Source: Macrostomum hystrix (Eukaryota > Animalia > Platyhelminthes). Taken from it: a DNA stretch of 64,000 nucleotides. This document shows positions 1 to 11,152 of the stretch, in pieces. Positions within the stretch are counted from its first letter, which is position 1. Each line of letters starts with the position of its first letter. The notes beneath the pieces were generated by a model, which ran no database searches, was not told where the DNA came from, and was given only the letters and a program-made list of their open reading frames with translations. The stretch spans positions 5,270,001 through 5,334,000 of the forward strand of contig CATNEN010000011.1 of the NCBI GenBank assembly GCA_950097015.1, written 5' to 3'. Position numbers and translations under genes: made by a program.

Positions 1-345
1 ATCTATCTAACATGTGGATTATCCTGTATAACAGGTGGATCATCTATCTAACAGGTGGATCATCTATCTAACATGTGGATTATCCTGTATAACAGGTGGA
101 TCATCTATCTAACATGTGGATTATCCTGTATAACAGGTGGATCATCTATCTAACATGTGGATTATCCTGTATAACAGGTGGATCATCTATCTAACAGGTG
201 GATCATCTATCTAACATGTGGATTATCCTGTATAAGAGGTGGATTATCCTGTATAACCGGTGGATTATCCTGTATAACATCTAGATCATCTGTCTAACAT
301 GTGGATTATCCTGTATAACCGGTGGATTATCCTGTATAACCGGTG
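1..345. repeat. Minisatellite of alternating ~19-21 bp subunits (atctatctaacatgtgg / attatcctgtataacaggtgg), truncated by window start
   Basis: Direct tandem repetition in sequence. Confidence 0.95.
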
Positions 346-460
346 GAATCATTTTCTATAGCTGAAAGAAAATATCTCCTTTTTGCATGTTCGCATTGTG
401 TCAATTCGTTTTTTATACAATCTAGAGTAGAAACCGTTGAGCACTGCTCATTTGCTGACA

Positions 461-660
461 GTCGACCCGCAGCCAGCGAGGAGGCAATTCTGCTTAACCT
501 GCCGACTCCGCTGCAGACATCCACACGGATACCGTACACGGGCACGCGCGCACAGGTGTGTACATCTGCCCTGACTTTCTCATCTACCGGCAGTGTACAC
601 TCTCACTGTGCCTTAGGAATGGGCTGGCCATCAATGGTGTCAATTGCGCGACAAGCCCCG
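461..660 (-). mobile_element. SINE family B, partial copy
   Basis: Contains gtgtacatctgccctgactttctcatc...gcagtgtacactctcactgtgcc, the reverse complement of the body of the copies at 49380, 54355 and 60921. Confidence 0.85.
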
Positions 661-885
661 AAGACTTCTCTCAAGAACTGGCAAACAAAAGATAAAGTGG
701 CTCACTTTGACTGGAAGGAAAAGTCTTCAATCTACTATCATTGCTTATCAGCAGAACTTACCAGGAATAACTGAATTTCCCGTGCCAGAGCATTCTCATT
801 GAGGCAGCGAATTTACAAGTTTATTGTCGAAGGAAAGACTTACTCATCCACCAGAATGGCTTTGATTCGAGTGCAGAGTACTCGA

Positions 886-1192
886 GTAGAGGTTGTAGCC
901 TTGTGGTTAGAGCGTTCGACTCACGACTTAAAGGTCGGGGGTTCGATTCCTTACTCCACTGGAACAATTTGTGTCCTTTAGCAAGGCACACTTAACTCTG
1001 CATTGCTTCAGTTCACCCAGCTGTTAAATGGGTGCCAGCATTAGCTGGGATAATTGAAGGTGGGTGTGGCGTCCCCCCAGTCCATGGACTGAACAGCTGT
1101 ACGCAGTCTTCAGATGCGCCGCGCAATAGCTGTGGCTGTGCTGTCGGCTGCACATCTGGCCCAATCTGACAGGTGTAATAAATTATTATATT
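886..1192 (+). mobile_element. SINE family A (tRNA-derived head, CORE-like central segment), full-length
   Basis: A-box tgtggttagagc and B-box ggttcgattcc; central agcaaggcacacttaac...cttcagttcacccagctgttaaatggg resembles the MIR CORE domain (from memory); near-identical copy at 47618. Confidence 0.85.
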
Positions 1193-1499
1193 AGTATTAT
1201 TAGAGTTCTTCGCTTCACAACTTGACCAACTCTTATTGTCGCAATTACTTTATCATACTTTATCATTCGGAGTGGTTACTGAATGGATCTTACTGGAGAT
1301 ACTGTTAATACCTACTGCCGCTCGATATTTGTTGAAATGCGGTGTCTAGTGCTAAAAATAGATTAAAATCTGCAAAAGCATCTCAAAAAGTTGATAACTG
1401 CTTTTCAGGGTCTTTGGCATGAAAACTGTAAATCCCTTAATTAATTTTCGGGTAGCTATAATCTCTCTAGCTTTAGCACAAATGTAACCTGACCGACGC

Positions 1500-2240
1500 T
1501 TTTGCTTCCTTATTACAAATTTTCGATATGCGAAAAGTCACGCAGCGGTTGACCCGGACACCAACATCTGCTCCCAGCCGGCTGTGTGACGTCCAGCTTC
1601 AACGCCGAGCTGATGGCTGAGGTTGAGGCCCTCAGGTGGAAGCTCGCGGCCATGGAGTCACAGGTGCGAATCTGCTCAGACTCTGTGAGCGCCCTGACTG
1701 CGCTCGAGTCCGGCCCACGGGTGTCACCACAGCCGACAAAATATTGGCCTGCCTTGTGGCGTGGGACACGTGATACTGCAGTGGGTGCATCCTCCGCTGA
1801 CGGAGCTGACGACGCCGAGCACGCCAAAGAATCTGAGTCCGGATCCGGGGCGCAAGCTCCTCCGGCAAAGATAAAGAGGCGAACGGTGGATCACGACCAC
1901 GCAATCGCAGGCCTGCCAGGGCCACCCGGAAACTTGGGCTGATCCAGCTGTCTCACTGCCCTTTCTTTAACAGAGACCGGCTACGCTGCCTTACGCCCAA
2001 CCCGTCTTTGGATGAGGTTCTCCAGCCCGACAGCATTCCACGGCTCGTCCAGTTCCTCCGGGCGACAAGACGAGCCACGTTCTTCTTTACGGAAGACAAC
2101 GCTGCAAAACGGAATGGCGGACCACCCTGACCGGCCCCTCGCCATCGCCTGTCTGCGGGCCTACAGGGTTTAGCGGTATGGGCGATCCTCGCCTTCCCGC
2201 TGAGTCCATGGACCATCCTGCAGCTAAGTCAAAGTAAGTC
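1500..2240 (+). mobile_element. Internally deleted non-LTR retrotransposon relic (ORF1-like start joined to ORF2 C-terminus-like segment)
   Basis: ORF 1586-1942 has a short coiled-coil (EALRWKLAAMESQVR) and WPAL; from 1954 the + frame reads HCPFFNRDRL...LDEVLQPDSIPRLVQFLRATRR, like LINE ORF2 C-termini; ends in aagtcaaagtaagtc. Confidence 0.5.
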
Positions 2241-2294
2241 GGTAAACCAGTGCCTCTGTAGTCAAGTCGAAAGCTATGGCTGGGGCATCGAAAT

Positions 2295-2562
2295 GCCTTG
2301 TGGTTAGAGCGTCGGACTCACGACTTATAGGTCAGGAGTTCGTTTCCCAACGAACAATTTGTGTCCTAAAGCAAGGCACATAACTCTGCATGGCTTCAGT
2401 TCACCCAGCTGTTAAATGGGCTGTTAATGTACTGGGTTAACTGTCGGTGGGTGTGGCGTTTCCCAGTCCATGGACTGAACAGCCGTACGCAGCCTTCAGA
2501 TGCGTCGCGCAATAGCTGCGGCTGTGCTGTCGGCTGCACATGCGGCCCACTTAGTGCAGCTG
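2295..2562 (+). mobile_element. SINE family A copy
   Basis: gccttgtggttagagcgtcggactcacgac...cttcagttcacccagctgttaaatggg...gctgtcggctgcacat matches 886-1192. Confidence 0.85.
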
Positions 2563-2802
2563 TAGTCAATATTTTATTTATTTTTTACAACTTACGACCG
2601 TACAAATGCGAGAGAAAATATGGGTAATTTGAATTAACCAAATGCAGTCCCAAGCACATATTTAATTGATTATAAATACAGCATTCTTCTTCAAGCTTAG
2701 CAAAGAATCGGCTAACAACAAATCGATGGTTAACACAAATGTGCTCTGAGAACTCTTCGACCGCCGCCCAATTGCGCATCGATTTGTTTTTTTGTTGCCG
2801 GT

Positions 2803-4376
2803 TCAGTCGACATTCAGCACGACAAGTCGACAGTTTTTACGGTCGGCCACCACCAGCTGCTCGTGCGGACCTCCCGTCACCACCGCCAGGCCGCAGGGAC
2901 GATTGAGTCTGCAGCCACCGCTGCCGCTCTCACCCGGCACCCCCAGAGTCCACAGCAGCGACCCGTTGTCTGCAGCCACGGCTCGCACTGAGTGACCACG
3001 CCATTCACTCACGAACAGGCGGCCTCTCCTGTCCACGGCCACACCAATGGGCCAATCAAACTGCTTGAGGTCGGAGCGCAAGGTGGGGTGCGAGACGACC
3101 ACCTGCTGGGTGTCAATGCGAACTCTGTGCACCTGCTTGAGCTGAAAGTCAATCACCAGAATGGAGTTCTCGTAAGCTACCAGGTTGCCCAAATCAGCAT
3201 CAGGAAGCTCAGATAGCGTGATGACCGTCTCCATCTCGCCAGTTGCTTTGCTGAATGCAACAATTTTGTTGCCACCAGACACAAACATGGAGGCTGCGTT
3301 GCCGCCGATTCCTCTGATGTCACTGAAACCTTCGACATTTGGTTTGATTCGACGCAGCATTAGACCGCTCAGGTCCATCACTGTCACCGCGTCAACCTGA
3401 GCAATCAGCAACAGCTGACGGTCGCAGAGCAGGCCGAGAACACCATTCTTCCACTCCAAGCTGCACCTGCACTGCAACCGCTGCTTGCCATCGACTGACA
3501 AAACTTGAAAGGGAGAGTTTTTCGACTCCACAACCGCAAAGATGCAGGGCTGAGGCAGAGCGTGGCCACAGCCACAGACAGAAGCCACGGGCACTACACG
3601 ACCGGAATCAGCAACGAATCCGCTGGTGTCCTGACACACAGCCAGCCAGTACACGTGACCGTCCAGTTTCACTTCGTGACTGTAGACGATCCGATCGAAG
3701 ACGGAGCCGATGGCAGTTGTTGCGCAATCAACCACCTTCGGTCTCGCGGTGACCGCAGCGTCTCTGGACAGCGTCACAGTCCCGACTTCAGCAGCCACAA
3801 CACTGTCCACGAGATTCTCGAGTCGGCGCAGTCGCTTCAGCTGCAGCTCGACTTCCGAATTGTCAACCAACTTCTGCGCCCGATTAAAGTCCGCCTTTAG
3901 CTCCGGAAGCGACAAGTCCATGGACAAGGCCAGGTGAACGAGCTTCGACATGTCGCCTGCAGCCTCCACGACCTCCTCCAATTGTAACTTTCGATGTCTT
4001 CGAGGTCCCGCTGCCATGCAGTGGCAGTCTCAACTCGAGCATTCATGAAGTCTGTCAGGCGAGAGCGGTGCGAGTTCAGGTCCTGCTGAATTCTATTGAA
4101 GGTGTTATCCACAATGTCCTTCTGCTCGAGCATTCTTTGACGCAGATTCCGCCTGACATCAGGAGCACCTGCAGCTTCGTCTGGAGAGTAGGCACTCAGC
4201 TCCTCATCGACCTTCTGCTTCAGCTTGATGGCATCCGCCACATCAACACTCAGGTGTTCCGAGCACAGGTAGCATTCGGAGAACGGACCCTGACCGACTG
4301 CGACTTTTTCGCAGACGACGCAAGAACTGGTTTTCGGATTCGTCTCTGAGCCTGAGTCTGAGCTGCTAAGATTCAT
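2803..4376 (-). pseudogene. Zinc-finger/coiled-coil/NHL beta-propeller gene, frameshifted at ~3967-3983 (pseudogene or sequence error)
   Basis: ORF 3897-4376 matches the N-terminus and ORF 2803-4017 the C-terminus of the 538 aa paralog; NHL-type motifs DWPIGVAVDRRGRLFVSE and LNRPCGLAVV. Confidence 0.8.
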
Positions 4377-4754
4377 ATTTTGATGCAGCTGGAACTCAGC
4401 AAGAGATGCCGATTTAGAGCTGGGAGTTGCTACCTTGAGTGTCGCAGTGTTTTAGTGTCTACCTGGCTCAGTTACAATTTCAGCTATATTACTCAGTAAT
4501 GAAAAAACTAGATGAAGCAGGTTTTTACTAAATAATTTTAAAGCACAATGTAGACTGCTCACGCTCTGAGCTCTCACCTGTGCTTCAAAATTGTTTTTAT
4601 CAGCGCACTGCCATGCTCTGTACAGGTGTGATGAGCATACTGCTTTGCTGTCCCGAAAATAGTCCTAATGTTAACGGACTCGCTATAAAGAATTTCGAAG
4701 GAGCTGATGAAGCAAGAAATAATAGAATTCTACCGATTCCAGAGACGGGCAAGG

Positions 4755-5181
4755 TGACTGGCAACTCTAACAAGTGACAGGTGACAGGTGTCTAACAGGT
4801 GACAGCCAACTCTAACAGGTGACTGCCAACTGTAACAGGTGACAGCCGACTCTAACAGTGACAGCCATATCTAACAGGTGACAGCCAAATCTAACAGGTG
4901 ACAGCCATATATCTAAGAGTGACAGCCATATCTAACAGGTGACAGCCAAATCTAACAGGTGACAGCTTACTATGACAGGTGACAGCCAACTCTAACAGGT
5001 GACAGCCAACTCTAACAGTGACAGGCATATCTAACAGTAACAGCCATATCTAACAGGTGAGAGCCAAATCTAACAGGTGACAGTCATGTCTAACAAGGTA
5101 CAGCCAAGTATAACAGGTGACAGCCAAATCTAACAGGTGACAGCCAACTGTAAAAGTTGACAGCCAAATCTAACAGGTGAT
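4755..5181. repeat. Minisatellite ~21 bp (tctaacaggtgacagccaac)
   Basis: Direct tandem repetition. Confidence 0.95.
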
Positions 5182-5514
5182 AGAAGTCATAGCTGAAAGT
5201 GAAGCCATAGCTGAGAGTGTGGCTTGTTGAAGGTTGAAGGTTGGTTTCTTGACTTTACTTTGTTGATATGTGTGATAAATCAGGTCTTGTTCGGTTTGCT
5301 GCTTGGTGCTGGCGACGCTGCGTTAGTCGAATTCCAAATAAATGAGTCAACAAAGATAACTCCTCTGATTCATTTATATGGCACTCGGTCTTATGCTTTG
5401 CGCAGAATACATGCAAACAGAATCCTCCAACCTCTCTGACGGAGAGGGTCGATAAGTCCCTTCTAAATACCAATAAGAATTGGTATTTTTTGAATTACTC
5501 CTACATCAATTACA

Positions 5515-5845
5515 CACCATCTGGTACCTGGACAATGGCACCATCGCCTGACTGCACGTCCACTCCCGAGTCCGCGACGCTGTTCCTCGGCTTGCCAAGC
5601 AAGCGGGATTAGACGCGCCTGACAGACATCGAAATTTCATGCACTTCCATTGGCCTGCGGCTCGGCCTGCCGTTTGCTGCCCACGGAGTCTGCGAGTGTC
5701 GCGAGGCGCTCGACAAGTTTGGTGACCACACGCTAAGCTGCAATCGCCCGCATCCGCAACCTGCTTGCCGAGGCCGGCTTTCCTGCCGGTGGGTCTGGCG
5801 GCGTGTGATTCGCCGCTCTTCGACAGGCATCAAAGTCGCTGTCAT
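5515..5845 (+). mobile_element. Fragmented CRE-clade-like (restriction-like endonuclease) non-LTR retrotransposon relic
   Basis: 5522 reads WYLDNGTIA (RT YLDD-like motif); downstream reads TSIGLRLGLPFAAHGVCECREALDKFGDHTLSC, the LRLGLP..CxC..D..G.H...C CCHC pattern of these elements. Confidence 0.65.
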
Positions 5846-6287
5846 TGTGGTGAGAGGTTAGTAATATAAATTTTCGCAGCCGCTGCATTAATATCTTTTC
5901 CTATTTAGCATGTAGGGGCTGAGCTGCAGCGAAAACACATTCCTGGAATTTGAGCAGTGCAGCCCGCACCACTGGCTCTGTGCCGAGATAAGCACTGCTC
6001 AGTCTGAACTCACTGCCACCGCTGAGCACTGAGCACACTAGTCAGTACTGAAAGCTGCTGCAACCTCCTGTGCTGATAAGGTTCTGCACTGTCTCTCTGA
6101 GCTGCCTCTCAGCGTTGGTCTCCATGGCAACAATCTGGCCACCTGCAGCACAGGCCGTAAATATAATTTGCGATTAGCAAACCTGTCTGAAGCAAAACAC
6201 AACCAAGGACCTGCTACTTTCACAGGTGAGCCTCAGAGTGAGCTGGATCTGCAATGAAAACCTGCCTGAGAATGCCTGCATCTCCCA

Positions 6288-6462
6288 CCTGAGTCCTAGT
6301 CTAACCTGAGTCCTAGTCTAACCTGAGTCCTAGTCTAACCTGAGTCCTAGTCTAACCTGAGTCCTAATCTAACCTGAGTCCTAGTCTAACCTGAGACCTA
6401 GTCTAACCTGAGTCCTAGTCTAACCTGAGTCCTAGTCTAACCTGAGTCCTAATCTAACCTGA
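6288..6462. repeat. 17-bp minisatellite (cctgagtcctagtctaa), ~10 copies
   Basis: Direct tandem repetition. Confidence 0.95.
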
Positions 6463-6598
6463 GGTTAAATATTGAAGATTTAAGGACTGAGGTCAAGTTA
6501 AACTACTTCAGTCAAACCACACTGAGGGCAGATTCCAGCAGCAGTCTTCAACTCACACGGCCTGTTTCCGACTCTCTTTCCAGACCTCGAATCTGAAA

Positions 6599-8215
6599 AT
6601 GCAGCGTGGAGACTCCAGCGACAGCTCGAGTTCCGAAGGACCTCCTGAAGCCATCCCAATCTGCGTCGTCTGCCAAAAAGCTGCAGTCGGCCGGGGTCCG
6701 TTCTCCGAGCGCTACCTGTGCTCGGAACACCTGAGTGTTGATGTGGCGGATGCCCTCAAGCTGAAGGAGAAGGTCGCTGAGAAGCTGCGTGCCTACCCAC
6801 AAGCCGAAGCTGCAGGTGGCAGTGCAGCAGGTGGTGGAGGAGATTGGATTCACGAGATGGAGGAGCAGTTGCGACGGGCGAAGCAGCTGTTTGAGACAAT
6901 GCGGAGATACCTGGATTCGAGTGAAGATCGACTGCCAGGCCTGATGACAGCTCGGATTGAGACAGCGCGTGTGTGGCAGCGGGACATGGACGATGTGAGA
7001 AGCTACAGGCAGGAGACGGCGATGGCGGAGGCTGCAGGAGACATGTCGAAGCTTGTCGAGCTGACGATGTCGATGGAGTTGTCGCTCGATGACTTAAAGG
7101 TGGACTTTGATCGGCTGCAGAAGTCGCTGGAGGAGAGCTTGGCAGCGGAGCAGCAGCTGGAGCGACTGGGGCAGGTGTCGGAGCAGTTCGGCAGAGCGTT
7201 GGCTCATGTGAACGGGACCGCTGAGGGCTGGAGAGACGTTGAGGTCAGCGCGACACCCGAGGAGATCGACGACGCTTTGAAGGCCATGGAGATGGCGAGA
7301 CAGGCATTGTTCCATCCGATCGTGTTCAGTCACGAGGTGAAGCTGGATGGCTTTGTTGAATTGCTGGCGGTGTGCAGCGACACCAGCGGATTCGTTGGTG
7401 ACCGCTCAGGCCGTGTGGTGGCCGCCGAGTCAGCGAGTGGCAGCGGTGAGGCTCTGCCTCAGCCCTGCATCTTCGCATCATTTTCAGCACTCGAAAACAA
7501 AGACCACCTTCAGGCGCTGTCTATGGACGGCTCGAAGAAGCTGCGGTGCCACTGCGACATCGACTGGAAGATGGACATCTGGGGTCTTCACTGCGACCGT
7601 CAGCTGCTGTTCATCGCTCAAAAAGACGCAGTGACAGTGACGGACCTGAGCGGTCGAAAGGTGCGTCGAATCGAACCACAAATCGAGGGTTTTCACGAAA
7701 TCTTGGGAATCGGCGGCAACGCAGCTTCCGTGTTTGTGGCTGGTGGCAACAAAATTGTTGCATTCAGTAAAGCGACTGGCGAGATGGAGACGGTCATCAC
7801 GCTGTCTGAGCTTCCTGATGCTATACTGGCTAACCTGGCAGTTCACAACAATTGCATTCTTGTATCAGACTGGAAGTACAAGCAGGTGCACAGAGTGCGC
7901 ATTGACACCCAGCAGGTGGTCGCCTCCCACCCGACTGAGCGCTGCGGGATCAAAGAGTTTGATATGCCATTTGGTGTGGCCGTGGACAGGAGAGGCCGCC
8001 TGTTTGTCAGTGAATCTCGTGGTCACTCAGTGCGAGCGGTGGCTGCAGACGACGGGTCGCTGCTGTGGACTCCTGCGTCGCCTGGCGAGAGCGGCAGCTG
8101 TGACGGCAGACTCAATGGTCCATGGGGTCTGGCGGTGGTGACGGGGGTTGCGCGCGAGCAGCTGGTGGTGGCTGACTATTGGAACAGTCGACTGGTGGTG
8201 CTGAATATGGAGTGA
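6599..8215 (+). CDS. TRIM-NHL-like protein without RING: CxxC...CxxH finger, coiled coil, NHL/YVTN-type beta-propeller; 538 aa, coding region intronless
   Basis: Intact ORF with high GC3; CVVCQK...YLCSEH; heptad-rich middle; DMPFGVAVDRRGRLFVSESRGHSV and LNGPWGLAVV repeats. Confidence 0.88.
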   Translation: MQRGDSSDSSSSEGPPEAIPICVVCQKAAVGRGPFSERYLCSEHLSVDVADALKLKEKVAEKLRAYPQAEAAGGSAAGGGGDWIHEMEEQLRRAKQLFETMRRYLDSSEDRLPGLMTARIETARVWQRDMDDVRSYRQETAMAEAAGDMSKLVELTMSMELSLDDLKVDFDRLQKSLEESLAAEQQLERLGQVSEQFGRALAHVNGTAEGWRDVEVSATPEEIDDALKAMEMARQALFHPIVFSHEVKLDGFVELLAVCSDTSGFVGDRSGRVVAAESASGSGEALPQPCIFASFSALENKDHLQALSMDGSKKLRCHCDIDWKMDIWGLHCDRQLLFIAQKDAVTVTDLSGRKVRRIEPQIEGFHEILGIGGNAASVFVAGGNKIVAFSKATGEMETVITLSELPDAILANLAVHNNCILVSDWKYKQVHRVRIDTQQVVASHPTERCGIKEFDMPFGVAVDRRGRLFVSESRGHSVRAVAADDGSLLWTPASPGESGSCDGRLNGPWGLAVVTGVAREQLVVADYWNSRLVVLNME

Positions 8216-8394
8216 GGCGTCAGTGAGCGCATATGGTGCAGCGAGTTTGCAGGAGTGGGTCGGACAATTTGCTGTTTTTTTTATCTGTCCGGAGTTTTGT
8301 AATAATAAAATTATTTATCGAGAAATTTCATTTGTAAGTTTAAAAATAAATAAATGCATTTTCTAAATTAGCATTATTGCAATGCAATAGACGT

Positions 8395-8748
8395 GCATAG
8401 AATCCCAGCAACAGCAGTGTATGGAATCGCAGCAACAGTCGTGTATGGAATCGCAGCAACAGTCGTGTATGGAATCGCAGCAACAGTCGTGTATAGAATC
8501 GCAGCAACAGTCGTGTATGGAATCGCAGCAACAGCCGTGTATGGAATCGCAGCAACAGTCGTGTATAGAATCGCAGCAACAGTCGTGTATGGAATCGCAG
8601 CAACAGTCGTGTATGGAATCGCAGCAACAGTCGTGTATGGAATCGCAGCAACAGCCGTGTATGGAATCGCAGCAACAGTCGTGTATAGAATCGCAGCAAC
8701 AGTCGTGTATGGAATCGCAGCAACAGCCGTGTATGGAATCGCAGCAGA
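8395..8748. repeat. 24-bp minisatellite (gtatggaatcgcagcaacagtcgt), ~14 copies
   Basis: Direct tandem repetition. Confidence 0.97.
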
Positions 8749-8970
8749 ATCACATGACTATCTGGATGTGAGAGTATTTATATAGACTTCAAGATGCTAT
8801 ATTTACGAGCTATAAATAACCTTGAGTACAGCCCCATTTCGTGAGTTGATTCGATCAAGTCGAGTTGCTTTCAGCCCATAGACACTGTGTAAAATGAGGC
8901 AAAGTTTCAAAGCCCAAGAAGCTCATGAATTGGCAGCGAATAAAACAATCTACATGCAATAGCCTACACA

Positions 8971-9808
8971 ATGAACACCAGACTAAGCCGCAGTCACTGG
9001 GACCAGTCCCAAAGCAGCGGCAAGCCGAGCTCCGACAAGCGACAAGGAGGCGGCAGTCAGGAGCAGGTGGACTCGTTTGAAGACTACAGCGACCTGCAGC
9101 TGGGAGTGCACTACCTAGAGCTCTGGCTGGACAGCCGGACCAAAGTGACCCAGGTCAAGAGTTCGGGATCGGTCACTAGTTTTACCCAGTGAGTGCATCG
9201 ACTGTTGTCTTCAGCTGCTTGGTTGGGAAATGCGCTTCCAGAGTCTTGACACAGACGGCTGTTCAGCTCATGGTGGCAGCCATCTTACAGCTGGGTGAAC
9301 TGGAGCAATGGGGGCGGAGATTCGAACCCACAACCTCTAGTTCATAAGTCCGAAGTTCGAACCGACATTGATTTACTTTTTGTACTGAAGTTCTTAATGC
9401 TGTGTACTTCACCGACATCCAATCAGCGATGGCAGCCTGACTGACTCGACAGATCGAGGCCGGACCAGGCGAGACGAGTTCCGACTTCAGCGAAGGGGCG
9501 GAGCCGGCAGCGGCGCCAATCGGTTCGGCGCTGAAGCCAACGATGGCGACATTCAGCAGAGAGCCAAACAGCACGAATTTTCAGGCACTGTTCAACTGAC
9601 GCTCAGCGTCTGCCTGGTGCTGCTGCTTGCCAGCTTCCTCTGCCTGCTGATCCTGCTCATCCACAAGTCCATGGCCCGCGACATTGTTGAGGTGACGCCC
9701 TTGGAGCTGGCCTTCATCACAGTCGCTGAGTTGGTTGTTCTGCTGTCATTGTTGTCAGCCAGCATCTTGCTGATTTACGGAGTCTGCTTTGAGTCTTCGG
9801 AGAAATGA
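8971..9808 (+). CDS. Putative two-exon gene for a ~199 aa protein with two C-terminal transmembrane helices
   Basis: Exons 8971-9188 (donor CA|GTGAGT) and 9427-9808 (acceptor aatcag) join in frame; hydrophobic LTLSVCLVLLLASFLCLLILLI and LAFITVAELVVLLSLLSASILLIYGV. Confidence 0.5.
9270..9372 (-). mobile_element. SINE family A-like fragment in intron
   Basis: acagctgggtgaactggagcaatg and gattcgaaccc (B-box reverse complement). Confidence 0.6.
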
Positions 9809-10140
9809 GCAGTGCTTGAGCTGTTGCTGCTGCTGTTTGTTAAACTGCATTCAGATTTGTTATATCGCGATGAATTCTTAGAAACTCCGTTTCTTTTTCC
9901 AGATTGATCAGACTTGATGCATCTACTTTCTTGAAAATGTTGTCCAGGTACAAGTTAATATAAAAAAACTGATTTTTGAATGTCTCATTTATTCGTTTAA
10001 ACTAAATTATTTTAAAGAATTGAAACTTTCATTGTCCAGTAGATTAAATTTTTCAATACATGGTTTGAAAAAAATTGTTGTGACAAAACATTCTCAGCGT
10101 GTTCAAGGCTGCTTTCATAACATTTCGGGTGCCACCTTAC

Positions 10141-10968
10141 CAAACAGGAATGTACATCTGGCCTGACTTTGTCATCCCAATTACCAAACAGGAATGTACA
10201 TCTGGCCTGACTTTGTCATCCCAATTACCAAACAGGGATATACATCTGGCCTGACTTTCTCATCCCAATTACCAAACAGGGATATACATCTGGCCTGACT
10301 TTCTCATCCCAATTACCAAACAGGAATATACATCTGGCCTGACTTTCTCATCCCAATTACCAAACAGGGATATACATCTGGCCTGACTTTCTCATCCCAA
10401 TTACCAAACAGGAATGTACATCTGCCCTGACTTTCTCATCCCAATTACCAAACAGGAATGTACATCTGCCCTGACTTTCTCATCCCAATTACCAAACAGG
10501 AATATACATCTGCCCTGACTTTCTCATCCCAATTACCAAACAGGAATGTACATCTGCCCTAACTTTCTCATCCCAATTACCAAACAGGGATATACATCTG
10601 GCCTGACTTTCTCATCCCAATTACCAAACAGGGATATACATCTGGCCTGACTTTCTCATCCCAATTACCAAACAGGAATGTACATCTGCCCTGACTTTCT
10701 CATCCCAATTACCAAACAGGGATATACATCTGGCCTGACTTTCTCATCCCAATTACCAAACAGGAATGTACATCTGCCCTGACTTTGTCATCCCAATTAC
10801 CAAACAGGAATGTACATCTGCCCTGACTTTGTCATCCCAATTACCAAACAGGAATGTACATCTGGCCTGACTTTCTCATCCCAATTACCAAACAGGAATG
10901 TACATCTGCCCTGACTTTCTCATCCCAATTACCAAACAGGAATGTACATCTGCCCTGACTTTCTCATC
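10141..10968. repeat. 44-bp minisatellite (caaacaggaatgtacatctgccctgactttctcatcccaattac), ~19 copies, containing a SINE B segment
   Basis: Period 44 (10141, 10185...); each unit contains SINE B core gtacatctgccctgactttctcatc. Confidence 0.97.
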
Positions 10969-11152
10969 GTTTTTTCATAGAATTTTCTCATCTGTGCCTT
11001 TGAGGGGGGTCCATCAAGTCCGTCAATTTCCCGACCAGCCCCCAAGCCTTCACTCCTCAGCTGCGTCACTAATTAACGTGGCCTCGCAGCGGAATCGAGC
11101 TCAGGACCTTGCTGTGAGAGGTAAACGCGTTTGACCGCTCTGCCAGCCACCC
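10905..11152 (-). mobile_element. SINE family B 5' part, abutting the 44-bp array
   Basis: gtggcctcgcagcggaatcgagctcaggacc...aaacgcgtttgaccgctctgcca is the reverse complement of the tRNA-like head. Confidence 0.85.

Noticed and set aside
886-960. tRNA-like sequences here and at 47618, 49380, 54355
   Set aside because: A/B boxes run into shared SINE bodies and I could not build a full cloverleaf; these are SINE heads
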